40,347 bases of DNA from a virus. Its lineage: Duplodnaviria; Caudoviricetes. The stretch covers positions 1 through 40,347 of IMG/VR virus record IMGVR_UViG_3300020477_000059, one strand, 5' to 3'. Shown piece after piece: positions 18,741-28,699 of the stretch. Positions within the stretch are counted from its first letter, which is position 1; each line of letters begins with the position of its first letter. A model generated the notes under the pieces. The model saw nothing but the letters and a program-made list of their open reading frames with translations, had not been told where the DNA came from and made no database searches. Position numbers and translations under genes: made by a program.

Positions 18741-19991
18741 ATGGCATTACCAACCTTAACTCCCAAAAGCAGAACCAGTGTTTCTGTACTTCCAGAAACC
18801 GGAAGTGTGTTAAATGTTACCAAAGCTTTGGCAACCAAGGCATATAAGTCGGCACAGTTTTTATCTGGAGCAGCTGCCCAAGTTACCTATGTTTACAGAA
18901 AATTGGGTGGTGATGTCCTAGACATTGAAATTAAAGAGGAAAATGTTTATGCTGCCTACGAAGAGGCGTGTTTGGAGTACTCTTATTTGGTAAACATCCA
19001 TCAGAGCAAAAATATCCTTTCAGATGTTTTGGGTAATTCTACTGGATCTTTTGATCACAAGGGTGATCTTATGCCTGGTCCATTGTCTTCGAGTCTATCC
19101 GGTACGCACGTTACACTAAAGTATCCTTCTTTTGATTTTGCTTATGCTAGGAGAGTTGCCGACGGGATATCTGAGGATGCCAATGTCGGGGGAAACAACA
19201 ATGTTTATTCCGCCTCCTTTGGGGTCGTCAAGAATCAGCAGGATTATGACTTGCAAAACATTATATCAACGAGTGAGCAGTTTTCCGGTTCTGTTGGGAA
19301 CAGGAAAGTTTTAATAAAAAAAGTTTTTTACAAAACAAATGCTGCGATGTGGAGGTTCTATGGGTACTATGGTGGTGTAGGCGTGGTTGGAAATATGTCA
19401 ACATACGGACAGTATGCTGATGATTCTACCTTCGAGGTAGTTCCGGCATGGCAGAACAAACTGCAAGCAATGTCTTACGAGGACAACATCTATACCAGAA
19501 CAAGTCATTACTCCTATGAGTTAAGGAATAACAAGTTGAGACTGTTCCCAACACCCAGTCCAGATATTGCGACAAAGATGTGGGTAGAATTCTCAATACC
19601 TGGAGACTCTTGGACAACATCCGACAATACCGATGTCGGGCTAGACGGCATCAACAATATGAATACTTTGCCTTTCTCCAACATACCCTATAGGAATATA
19701 AATTCTATTGGTAAGCAGTGGATTAGGAGATTTGCTCTTGCTCTGAGCAAGGAGACTCTTGGACACGTCAGGGGCAAGTTTGGAAATATACCAATTCCGG
19801 GAGAATCAGTAACTCTCAACGGACCAGACTTAATTTCTCAAGCTAAAGATGAACAGAATCAACTGAGAGAGGAACTCAAAACAATATTGGATGAGATGAC
19901 GTATGGAAGACTCATGCAGGGTGATGCAGAACTTGTCGAAAACGTGAGCAATATTCAAAAGAAGATACCACTAAGCATATTCGTCGGATAG
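18741..19991 (+). CDS. gp13: Neck protein (head-tail adaptor), T4 gp13-like
   Basis: YRKLGGDVLDIEI at the N-terminus; C-terminal WIRRFALALSKETLG.VRGKF.NIPIPG..VTLNG.DL..QA..E...LREEL, ending IFVG. Confidence 0.85.
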   Translation: MALPTLTPKSRTSVSVLPETGSVLNVTKALATKAYKSAQFLSGAAAQVTYVYRKLGGDVLDIEIKEENVYAAYEEACLEYSYLVNIHQSKNILSDVLGNSTGSFDHKGDLMPGPLSSSLSGTHVTLKYPSFDFAYARRVADGISEDANVGGNNNVYSASFGVVKNQQDYDLQNIISTSEQFSGSVGNRKVLIKKVFYKTNAAMWRFYGYYGGVGVVGNMSTYGQYADDSTFEVVPAWQNKLQAMSYEDNIYTRTSHYSYELRNNKLRLFPTPSPDIATKMWVEFSIPGDSWTTSDNTDVGLDGINNMNTLPFSNIPYRNINSIGKQWIRRFALALSKETLGHVRGKFGNIPIPGESVTLNGPDLISQAKDEQNQLREELKTILDEMTYGRLMQGDAELVENVSNIQKKIPLSIFVG

Positions 19992-20000
19992 GAGGTCTAG

Positions 20001-23000
20001 ATGTCAGATAACGATAACATCTGGAAACAACCGGAAGCACCTCCACCACCGTTGTTCACAGGGAAAAAAGAAAAAGACCTCGTAAAGCAGGTAACGGACG
20101 AACTCACTGAAAGAGTAATAAAATCCGAGATTGTTTATTATCCCATTAGTTTAAAGCACAGCAACTACCACTCCCTATATGGAGAGGCAGTAAGTAAGAG
20201 CTTTCTCCCTCCTGTAAAGATAAGTGCTTATGTCGAGAGGGAGGCAGAACAGACCACTTTAGATAACTTCGGATTAGATAAGAAGTCATCCATCACCGTC
20301 CATTTTTCTAAAAGAAGGGTGACGGAAGATAAAAACCTTTTTGTAAGAGAGGGTGATTTTGTTCTTTATGGCACACACTACTACGAAATAACTGGATTGG
20401 GACAACCAAGACCACTTTTTGGACAAATAGATAGTCAAATAGAAATTGTTGCTACATGTATCAGGGCTAGGGACGGGGTATTCCCAGAGCAAAAGAAAGC
20501 AGTAGCTGACGACGACGATCCTCGACTAACTGCTGCCCCCTGTGATCCCATAAATGAACTTAACGTACTGGACGGCACAGGCACCTCTACAGGGGGTTCT
20601 GGAACTACCCCAGTGGCATGTACCGAGATCTCTAAACGTCCATCAAATCCACCCCCACCACTCTTCACGGGCAAAAAATCAACAGACCTAGTAAAGCAGG
20701 TCAACGACGAGATGTTGGAACGAGTAATCGGACAACAGGTGGTCTATTTTCCTGTTAGTTCCAGACACAGCAACTTTCATGATCTTTATGGTGAGTCGGT
20801 GAAGAAGACTTTCTTGCCCCCTTTGAGGATTTATGCTGCTGTTTCGTGGGAAGGTTCGGAAACAACACACACAAACCTCGGTATAGATAGAAGATCCCAG
20901 ATAACAGTGAGGTTCCACAAGAGGAGACTCTCAGAAGATCAGAACCTCTTTGTGAGGGAAGGAGACTTTGTTCTCTATGGAAAGATTTTATACGAAATCA
21001 CAACCGTTGGTCAACCACGACAACTCTTCGGACAAGTAGACCAGAAATTTGAAGTTGTGGCCACCTGCATACGATCAAGGGAGGGTGTCTTTAAATTATC
21101 GCAACAAAAAGTTAATGGAAAGATAATAGACATGACATCGACGGAGTTGTGCGATAACGCAGATTTAGTCACTGGAGATGGAGAGGCAAATACCGGCAGA
21201 AATCTTGGTTCGGGACAGGGACTCTTTTCTCAAAAAGTTGGCAAAGAGTTACAATTCAAATCTATCGTTGCTGGTAGTAACATCACCATCAATTCCGGTA
21301 CAAATGAAATCACTATTGCTTCTTCTGCCACCCTAACTGGATCAATAACCAATGCTTTAACTGCTTCATATGTTCCTGGGTCTGGGGTTGATGGAGCTGT
21401 CGCAAACGCAACCAATGCAGTTACTGCCCAAACAGCAAGTTATGTGGTCACTGCCCAGACAGCATCCTATTATGCGGAGACAGACACGTTGCAGAGTGTA
21501 ACGGGGAGGGGTGCTACAACAACAGCAACCCTGTCAGTATCGGGACTTTCCGCATCTGTGAATATCTCTTCATCAGGATTTTACGGAGACGGGTCTAATC
21601 TCACAGGAGTCACTGCTGAGTGGGATGGCAGTCATGTCGGAAATGCCACCATCGATGGGCAACTAAGTGCTTCTTCTGGAGTCACTGCTGCCTCATTCAC
21701 TGGCAATGGAGCTTCCCTCACAAACCTCACTGCTGGAAATATCGTTGGCACAGTAGCAAACGCAACAAATGCCGTAACTGCCCAAACTGCCAGCTATGTT
21801 GTTACATCTCAAACAGCGTCATACTATGCAGAGAAGGATACGTTGCAGACTGTGGCAGACAGGGGATCTACAACTACGGCAACACTCGCAGTCGCAGGTC
21901 TTTCAGCATCCGTCAATGTTTCCGCATCTGCTTTTTATGGTGATGGTTCCAACCTTACGGGAGTTACTGGAGAGTGGGACGGCAGCCATACGGGCAATGC
22001 GACCATCGACGGACAATTGAGTGCTTCATCTGCAATTTCTGCTGCATCGTTCACTGGCAACGGATCTGCCCTCACTAACATCACTGCCGGAAACATCGAC
22101 GGTGCCGTTGCCAATGCAACTAATGCGGTCACTGCCCAGACAGCAAGTTATGTGGTCACTGCCCAGACAGCAAGTTATTATGCGGAAACAGACACATTAC
22201 AGAGTGTTACCGGAAGAGGTTCTACCACGTCGGCAACTCTTTCTGTTGCAGGTCTTTCAGCATCTGTTAATGTCTCGGCATCGGGTTTTTATGGTGATGG
22301 ATCAAACTTAACGGGAGTAACTGCTGAGTGGGATGGTAGTCATGTCGGCAATGCCACAATTCAGGGTCAACTATCTGCATCATCGGGTATCACCGCTTCG
22401 TCCTTTACGGGTGATGGATCAAACTTAACGGGAGTAACTGCTGAGTGGGACGGATCGCATACCGGCAACGCAACTATTGTTGGAAATTTGTCTGCTTCTG
22501 TGAATGTTTCCGCATCCGCGTATTACGGTGACGGATCAAATCTTACTGGTATTTCCACAGCATCTACCTTAGATCAGATAACTGACAATGGAAACACAAC
22601 AACTAACAACATAGCAGTTGCCAATCTTACGGCAACTCAATTAACAGGTTCTTTAACTAGATTGCGAAATGGCAATCCTTATCTTATCGGAGGTTCCAAT
22701 GTTACTTTAGTGACAGGATCTGACGGTCAGATAACCATCTCCTCGACAGGTGGTGGTGGCACCGGAACCATTGGAAATGCGGAGGATGGTTCTTATGCTG
22801 ACGGTCTTTTTACAGATTTTACTAGCAACACTCTTATTGGTGTCTCTATCGATAGGTTTAACGAAATTCTAAAGATACTTGCACCTTCTCCGGCACCTGA
22901 CGTGTCGAGGATAAATTGTGCAGACACAGGAGTTTCTGCTGAACTATCATTCGGTGCAGCAAATACAATATCTGGATATGCGAACGTGACAACTCTTGAT

Positions 23001-26000
23001 GGTTTTGCGGGACTAGACGCCAACGACACGAGCCAAGTTCAGTCATCCGGAAATAACCTTCGCAGAGGAACATTTAATGGAGCTACCATAATAAATGGTG
23101 AGGTAAACTTTCATGTTCCGACTGACACATACGACAACTCAGTTGTAAACTATCCTGCCGACTCATTTGGGAACGCAGAGGTGGGAGCACTTCAGTTATT
23201 TGTCAACGGTGCCCTGCTTCATAGTATAGACCTAACATCAGATGCTATTGGATCTGGAAACCCAGGTAGTGGCACAGGCAACCACGTCAATGGAAATGGA
23301 TCGGGATTCTTTAATGTTTCCACAACTTCCTCCGCACAGGATCGCAGTCAAAACAAGTTCAACATCTTCCAGCACAGAACATCGGATTACAAGATCGGTG
23401 CCGCAGATCAGAGAAGTGGATGGAATTATGCGGAAGTAAAACACTCAGGATCTTGGGGACTAAAAACAACAAACCACGTTCAGTGGGTAAACGACAATAA
23501 CAACAACGCACTCACAGCCACTAATGCTAGGTTTGCAAGTGCAGCAGGTTCGGGAGCAAAATACCTCTCCGGTGTGAAATACTTCACCTCCGTAGCGGCA
23601 AACTACCTTGTCGATGTCAATAACGCATACAGAAATGTGTATACGACACAAAACATTTCATTTACAAACACAAACTGCACAATTTCTTCACAAGCATTCC
23701 CACCACTAAACACCGGTGCTGGGGAAAATGAAACAAAAGTATTGAGAGTCACAGGAAGTGCAACATCATCAAGCAATATACTTCTCAGTGGAACTATGAC
23801 TTCAAAAGTTAATGTTGCCCACCCCCTCAAATCAGACCTCAACAACGCAGGTACAGCAAATCTTACAGGCATTCTCGTATACAACATCTCAGGAAACTCA
23901 ACTGCACTTCGTGAGAGATTCAAGGCGGAAACTTATCGTCTTGCATCGGGATCATACGATAATCAATCTGCTGTCGATAGTGGAACTTGGAATTCCCAAA
24001 CTCACATGACTGGCGGAGGCAATCATTCCGACGGACTACAATTCTATAATGCTCGTTTGTATTCCCCATTGACAACCCTGAATAGTGGTGACTTCCGTGA
24101 CGACAGTGAAGGCGGGCCTCTGGGTGTTGCCCCCACAGGAAACCCGAACTATTCTGGGGTGACGGGATTAAGAACATTCTTCAGATACTTTAGGAATTCC
24201 ACCGGCGCAACAAAGAGAGATCTTGTTTTGACAATTGAGGGTAATTCCACCACAATAGTGCCAACAGGAACAGCACTGAACTCAGGCAGGATAAGGGCAT
24301 TTGTGAAAATACCGGGTACAACGGGATGGATGGATGTCGCACAGGCATTTACTTACGACAACACAGCAAACGGTTCAGGAGCATATGTGCTAAACTTTGA
24401 TAGCTCCCTCGATGCTACCAATTATGTGTCATTTGGCACCAAGGGCGTTGCTAATGGGGATGATATTGTTTTGAAGATAGAGGCAAACCACTCATGGACA
24501 GGATATGTTGACGACATCGTGGTATCCTTTGGTGCAGGAACTGGAGCTGCCCCTTCCGATTCTGCGGCACTGGATGATATTGATATTAATGATGCTGGGG
24601 AGGATGCTAAATTGTCATTTGGTTCCTCAAAGGGAATTGCGGGATATGCAAATGTCCACACCGATACGGGCAACTTTGCCATCGACTTAAACGAAGACTG
24701 GGTAAGCAGTCTCGACATCGCAGGTTGTTTCGATGGAACGAGAGTTATTGATGGGGAATTAAACGAAGATGTGCCATCAAACAGTCCCAGCTATGTTGCC
24801 AATTCTTTCAAAAATGCTGCGACAGGCAAATTAAAACTGGAAATAAATGGAACAGTGGTACACGAAATAGACCTGTCTAGTGCGAGTGTTGGTTCTGGTA
24901 ATCCTGGATCCGGAACGGATACAGAAGTGAATGGAAACGGTTCGGGATTCACAAACCTCAGTACTTTTGCTGCTGGAAAATACTCAGGAAATAATTTGCC
25001 AGACTATACTAAAATCTACAGGACAGGCAAATATCAAGTTGGAACAGCAGATCAGAGAAATGGGTGGAATTATGCCAGAGTTCTTCATTCTGGTTCACAA
25101 ATCGGTCAAACCGTGACAAACTATGTCGAATGGTTGAATGATGGTGACAGTGCCGCACTTTCTGCCTCGGATGTTGTTCTCGATGCTTTTTCTGGAAGTG
25201 CCTTCTATTCCATGTCCGGTGTCAAGTATTTCATTTCCTGTTCTGCTTCTTACCGATACGGAGCTTCGAATGTTTACAAGAATATTTACTACGAACAGAG
25301 TGACGGAATTAGTTTCCCAACAACAACGAATACGACCGTCTCCAGAATAACAACCAATGGATCGGGTCTTGCTTCGCCAGGAACAACCAACGGATCTACA
25401 AAAGCATTGCCACCCTTGTCAACAACTGCAAATTCCCAAAATCATCTACTTTATGTGACGGGAACAATAACTTTTGATCCATCAACGTCACTTGTGGGAG
25501 CACACGCTTCTGTTTCACACACCGCATCGGTAAACTCTAGAGTAAAGCACCCACTGAAATCAACCTTAAACACATCAACCAAGAGCCAGCACAGTTTCTT
25601 GGTGTTTAGTGGCAGTGAAACTGGGAACTTGAACACAAATGAACCGATGGATGGAGAAAAATATAGACTACAATCAGGTGCCTACAGTACGCAAGCAAGT
25701 GTTACTAACGCAGGAAACAAGTGGAACTCGACCATCAGTGTGAACGATTCCATCGGAAACTCAACTTATGCAAATGGACTTGTTCAATATAGTAATCGTC
25801 TTGTTTCACCCTCAAAGGGAGGTCTGAGTGGGGATTATCGATCCGTTGCAAACTCAGGTCAATTGCAGGCACCACTGGGCAACCCAAACTACTCGACCTT
25901 GACTAACGCAACGAGAGAATATTATCGTTATTTCCGTTCTAACCAAGTTGGTGACGTTTCTCTTGCGACCGTCACCCTGTATGGTGATGCCAATCTCGTT

Positions 26001-26333
26001 GCTAAAGGGGGTGCCTTTAACCTCGGATCTCCGGGAGCAAATAAGAATATTCATTGCGAAGTGAAGATTCCAGGAGATACAGGTTGGCTGGACATGGCAC
26101 GACCAGCATCAGTTTCCGAAGACATTACTCAAAATGTCGGTGGATTCAACGGTGGTGGTGGAGATGTGAATCAAACTGTCGATGCCGACGGCACTTCTTA
26201 CGGCATAAACTTCCGGACTGCAACCTTAAACGGAACTTCGGGAGGCAATGCAGACTACTTAGTAGTAAGGATAACCGCACACAAAGACTGGACGGGATAT
26301 TTGTCTCGAATATCTTTTGTATATGGATCATAG
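20001..26333 (+). CDS. Fusion protein: two tandem gp14-like head-closure domains, fibre repeats and a duplicated ~550-590 aa C-terminal domain
   Basis: PPPPLFTGKK..DLVKQV.DE..ERVI...V.Y.P...H.LYGE...K.F.PP...REGDFVLYG..YEIT twice; follows the gp13-like gene; 354-nt tandem repeats; duplicated G.DQR.GWNYA.V.HSGS ... VKIPG.TGW.D.A ... AH..WTGY. Confidence 0.8.
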   Translation: MSDNDNIWKQPEAPPPPLFTGKKEKDLVKQVTDELTERVIKSEIVYYPISLKHSNYHSLYGEAVSKSFLPPVKISAYVEREAEQTTLDNFGLDKKSSITVHFSKRRVTEDKNLFVREGDFVLYGTHYYEITGLGQPRPLFGQIDSQIEIVATCIRARDGVFPEQKKAVADDDDPRLTAAPCDPINELNVLDGTGTSTGGSGTTPVACTEISKRPSNPPPPLFTGKKSTDLVKQVNDEMLERVIGQQVVYFPVSSRHSNFHDLYGESVKKTFLPPLRIYAAVSWEGSETTHTNLGIDRRSQITVRFHKRRLSEDQNLFVREGDFVLYGKILYEITTVGQPRQLFGQVDQKFEVVATCIRSREGVFKLSQQKVNGKIIDMTSTELCDNADLVTGDGEANTGRNLGSGQGLFSQKVGKELQFKSIVAGSNITINSGTNEITIASSATLTGSITNALTASYVPGSGVDGAVANATNAVTAQTASYVVTAQTASYYAETDTLQSVTGRGATTTATLSVSGLSASVNISSSGFYGDGSNLTGVTAEWDGSHVGNATIDGQLSASSGVTAASFTGNGASLTNLTAGNIVGTVANATNAVTAQTASYVVTSQTASYYAEKDTLQTVADRGSTTTATLAVAGLSASVNVSASAFYGDGSNLTGVTGEWDGSHTGNATIDGQLSASSAISAASFTGNGSALTNITAGNIDGAVANATNAVTAQTASYVVTAQTASYYAETDTLQSVTGRGSTTSATLSVAGLSASVNVSASGFYGDGSNLTGVTAEWDGSHVGNATIQGQLSASSGITASSFTGDGSNLTGVTAEWDGSHTGNATIVGNLSASVNVSASAYYGDGSNLTGISTASTLDQITDNGNTTTNNIAVANLTATQLTGSLTRLRNGNPYLIGGSNVTLVTGSDGQITISSTGGGGTGTIGNAEDGSYADGLFTDFTSNTLIGVSIDRFNEILKILAPSPAPDVSRINCADTGVSAELSFGAANTISGYANVTTLDGFAGLDANDTSQVQSSGNNLRRGTFNGATIINGEVNFHVPTDTYDNSVVNYPADSFGNAEVGALQLFVNGALLHSIDLTSDAIGSGNPGSGTGNHVNGNGSGFFNVSTTSSAQDRSQNKFNIFQHRTSDYKIGAADQRSGWNYAEVKHSGSWGLKTTNHVQWVNDNNNNALTATNARFASAAGSGAKYLSGVKYFTSVAANYLVDVNNAYRNVYTTQNISFTNTNCTISSQAFPPLNTGAGENETKVLRVTGSATSSSNILLSGTMTSKVNVAHPLKSDLNNAGTANLTGILVYNISGNSTALRERFKAETYRLASGSYDNQSAVDSGTWNSQTHMTGGGNHSDGLQFYNARLYSPLTTLNSGDFRDDSEGGPLGVAPTGNPNYSGVTGLRTFFRYFRNSTGATKRDLVLTIEGNSTTIVPTGTALNSGRIRAFVKIPGTTGWMDVAQAFTYDNTANGSGAYVLNFDSSLDATNYVSFGTKGVANGDDIVLKIEANHSWTGYVDDIVVSFGAGTGAAPSDSAALDDIDINDAGEDAKLSFGSSKGIAGYANVHTDTGNFAIDLNEDWVSSLDIAGCFDGTRVIDGELNEDVPSNSPSYVANSFKNAATGKLKLEINGTVVHEIDLSSASVGSGNPGSGTDTEVNGNGSGFTNLSTFAAGKYSGNNLPDYTKIYRTGKYQVGTADQRNGWNYARVLHSGSQIGQTVTNYVEWLNDGDSAALSASDVVLDAFSGSAFYSMSGVKYFISCSASYRYGASNVYKNIYYEQSDGISFPTTTNTTVSRITTNGSGLASPGTTNGSTKALPPLSTTANSQNHLLYVTGTITFDPSTSLVGAHASVSHTASVNSRVKHPLKSTLNTSTKSQHSFLVFSGSETGNLNTNEPMDGEKYRLQSGAYSTQASVTNAGNKWNSTISVNDSIGNSTYANGLVQYSNRLVSPSKGGLSGDYRSVANSGQLQAPLGNPNYSTLTNATREYYRYFRSNQVGDVSLATVTLYGDANLVAKGGAFNLGSPGANKNIHCEVKIPGDTGWLDMARPASVSEDITQNVGGFNGGGGDVNQTVDADGTSYGINFRTATLNGTSGGNADYLVVRITAHKDWTGYLSRISFVYGS
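21402..22550 (+). repeat. Three tandem 354-nt (118-aa) coding repeats plus a partial unit
   Basis: ANATNAVTAQTASYVVT.QTASYYAE.DTLQ units start at 21402, 21756 and 22110; GDGSNLTG occurs five times. Confidence 0.9.
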
Positions 26334-26342
26334 TTATAAAGT

Positions 26343-27782
26343 ATGGCAGGAAAATCTAATCTAACAGCAACTCTTTTTTCGCAAAAGAAATTATTAGGAA
26401 GGGCGCACACGTCAAACCTCAAGTCTGATGCTCAAGAGGCAATTCCGTCAAACATACAGGTGTCATCCCAGACTATCTTTGGACAATCCATTCCTGACAA
26501 CCCCACGCAGACTCTCTACTTGATGCAAAGTGCCAGTGCCGGTGCAGCTGCAACTGTTGAATATGTTGACTTCATTGTTCAACCTATCGGTGGCACATCA
26601 TACGATGCAAACACTGGTTCCTTCGGCCAAGTGGGTTTCGGTGGAGGTGATGAAGAAACTGCTGCTGGTACGCATGGATATAAACTCGTGATGACCGGAA
26701 ACTATGAATCATTGTCAAGCAACTCATACAAGGGCAACGGATACTATGACAACGACAAAGTTGTTTACGAGACACTAGGAAAGGTCCAGCTGGTCCCCCC
26801 AAATTTCTCTAACCAAGGAGCAAATCCCTATTTCTTGAAGCTCTATAAGGGTGATCCAACCGATGCAACAAACGAGATCACTTCACTTGATGAAACAGAT
26901 TGGCAAATAGATTACTATAGTGGTATAATTTTCTTACAAGATTACAAGTCAACTAGGGTTCCCACTTATGCTAGGGGATTTCTCTATGTAGGAAAGATGA
27001 CAGTTGATATGACAGGATCGGGCGGAGGAGGTGGACTAACTCTCAACAATGCGGCAGACAACAGAATCTTGACGGGAGTTAATGGAACCACAATGCAGGG
27101 TGAGGCAAACCTCACCTTCGACGGCAGCACTCTGAATGTTAACTCGACCACCGGAGGAGTCGTTATACCCAGAATGACGACAACGCAGAGAAATTCCATC
27201 ACTGCTACAAACGGGACAATGATCTACAACACGACAGACAATGCGTTTCAGTTTTATCAAAATGGATCGTGGGCACTTCTGGGCACCGGCGGTGGTGGAG
27301 GAGGAGACACGATTGTTTCAGTTGGAAATGGTGTTCTGACTATTGCTGACGACGGACCAGGAGGGACTTATCGGGCACTTCTCAACAAGTATCATCTGAG
27401 TGCGAGTAGCTATGCGAGTAAGATCATATATCTTGCTGCAACAGGTTCGAGTCCCGTTGATTCTTTCAAGATTCCAAGAAAATTCTACTTTAATGAAAAC
27501 GGAGTTTGGCACCCAAGTCCATTCTTCAACGACGGTCACGATGTTGCATCCACAGCAAGCGTTGAAATGCCAGATATGCATGATGTGCTACACCTCAATG
27601 CTTCCTCTTCCGAAGACCGGGCCATTTTAACAGGATTTTATAACAACTCTTCCTCATATTCTGGGAGGGTCATTTACGTCTCTAGTACGGGATCTTCTGC
27701 TATCGGACCATTTGATAAAGAGAACAAATATTACTTTAATGAAAACGGAGTTTGGTACAAGAGCCCCTTTGCTACGGGTTGA
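26343..27782 (+). CDS. Virion structural or short fibre protein with a duplicated C-terminal module
   Basis: DWQIDYYSGIIF; NRILT....GEANLTFDGS and IPRMTTTQRNSI...GTMIYNTT fibre motifs; K.YFNENGVW..SPF twice. Confidence 0.7.
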   Translation: MAGKSNLTATLFSQKKLLGRAHTSNLKSDAQEAIPSNIQVSSQTIFGQSIPDNPTQTLYLMQSASAGAAATVEYVDFIVQPIGGTSYDANTGSFGQVGFGGGDEETAAGTHGYKLVMTGNYESLSSNSYKGNGYYDNDKVVYETLGKVQLVPPNFSNQGANPYFLKLYKGDPTDATNEITSLDETDWQIDYYSGIIFLQDYKSTRVPTYARGFLYVGKMTVDMTGSGGGGGLTLNNAADNRILTGVNGTTMQGEANLTFDGSTLNVNSTTGGVVIPRMTTTQRNSITATNGTMIYNTTDNAFQFYQNGSWALLGTGGGGGGDTIVSVGNGVLTIADDGPGGTYRALLNKYHLSASSYASKIIYLAATGSSPVDSFKIPRKFYFNENGVWHPSPFFNDGHDVASTASVEMPDMHDVLHLNASSSEDRAILTGFYNNSSSYSGRVIYVSSTGSSAIGPFDKENKYYFNENGVWYKSPFATG

Positions 27783-27790
27783 ACTATTTA
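27783..27790 (+). promoter_or_regulatory. Candidate late promoter motif ACTATTTA, 4 nt before an ATG
   Basis: Fills most of the 12-nt gap between two genes; no clear SD in the gap. Confidence 0.5.
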
Positions 27791-27794
27791 GGGT

Positions 27795-28610
27795 ATGACT
27801 AAAAAAGACGAAAGCGTGCTGGCCCTAGAGCCATCGAAAATAGAGACTGTTGATTATGCCATGTTTGAGTGGGTTGACAAGAAGATGGATCTTCGAGCAA
27901 CTACAAACAAGGGATTTAGAAAAATCCCAGTAATTTGGGTAAGTGGTGAAAGATCACACCAGATAAAGAACAACAAAGAGTTAAGAGATTCAGAGGGATC
28001 TTTGATTTTTCCTGTCATATCAGTTGAGAGAACATCGATAAACAAAGACCCATCGAGAAGGGGATCTCTACAGGCATATATGCCTCCGATCAATAAATAC
28101 AACAATTTTACTTACTATATACGTGGAAAAACAAAGCAAGATAAGACCGCAGCTTTTGCTTCTGCCAATTCCAAGAGAACTTACAAGCAGGATAATTTTA
28201 GGTTCTCTAATCCCAATGTTGTTGAGGAGTCTCATTTTATAAAATCCCCGACATATGTTGATATGAGTTATGTAGTTACTGTGAGGACAGAATACCAGCA
28301 ACAGATGAACGAGATGTTGCAGCCATTTGTGACAAAGACTGGAAATGTAAACAGTTTTTTCATAGAAAAAGACGGACACCACTATGAGGCGTTCATCCAA
28401 CCGGACTTTTCCTTCAATAACAATATATCTTCCATCGAGCAGGAGGAGAGAATTTATCAAACATCCATAACTATCAATGTGTTAGGGTATCTGTACGGAC
28501 AAGACACTAATGATGATTCTCCAAAAGTCTTTAAAAGAGAGGGCGTTGCGAAGATTAAAATCACTGGAGAGAAGGAAATGTTGTCCGAAAAGACTACCAA
28601 GAAAGTGTGA
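27795..28610 (+). CDS. gp15: Tail terminator / sheath stabiliser, T4 gp15-like
   Basis: IPVIW..GER, PVISVERTSI..D..RR, PTYVDMSY.VTV.TEY..QMNE; lies between neck and sheath genes. Confidence 0.7.
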   Translation: MTKKDESVLALEPSKIETVDYAMFEWVDKKMDLRATTNKGFRKIPVIWVSGERSHQIKNNKELRDSEGSLIFPVISVERTSINKDPSRRGSLQAYMPPINKYNNFTYYIRGKTKQDKTAAFASANSKRTYKQDNFRFSNPNVVEESHFIKSPTYVDMSYVVTVRTEYQQQMNEMLQPFVTKTGNVNSFFIEKDGHHYEAFIQPDFSFNNNISSIEQEERIYQTSITINVLGYLYGQDTNDDSPKVFKREGVAKIKITGEKEMLSEKTTKKV

Positions 28611-28637
28611 TAGTCCCTTCCTTTGGAAAATAAAAAC

Positions 28638-28645
28638 ACTATTTA
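28638..28645 (+). promoter_or_regulatory. Candidate late promoter motif ACTATTTA
   Basis: Intergenic, upstream of the sheath gene. Confidence 0.6.
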
Positions 28646-28699
28646 GTAAGTGACAGTAAAACAATTGTCGGATAGGCACACATAAGGAGATAATTGAAA

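Noticed and set aside
21402-22550. Regular DNA repeats as a possible CRISPR array
   Set aside because: Period is 354 nt, in frame, with synonymous divergence and no unique spacers; these are protein repeats
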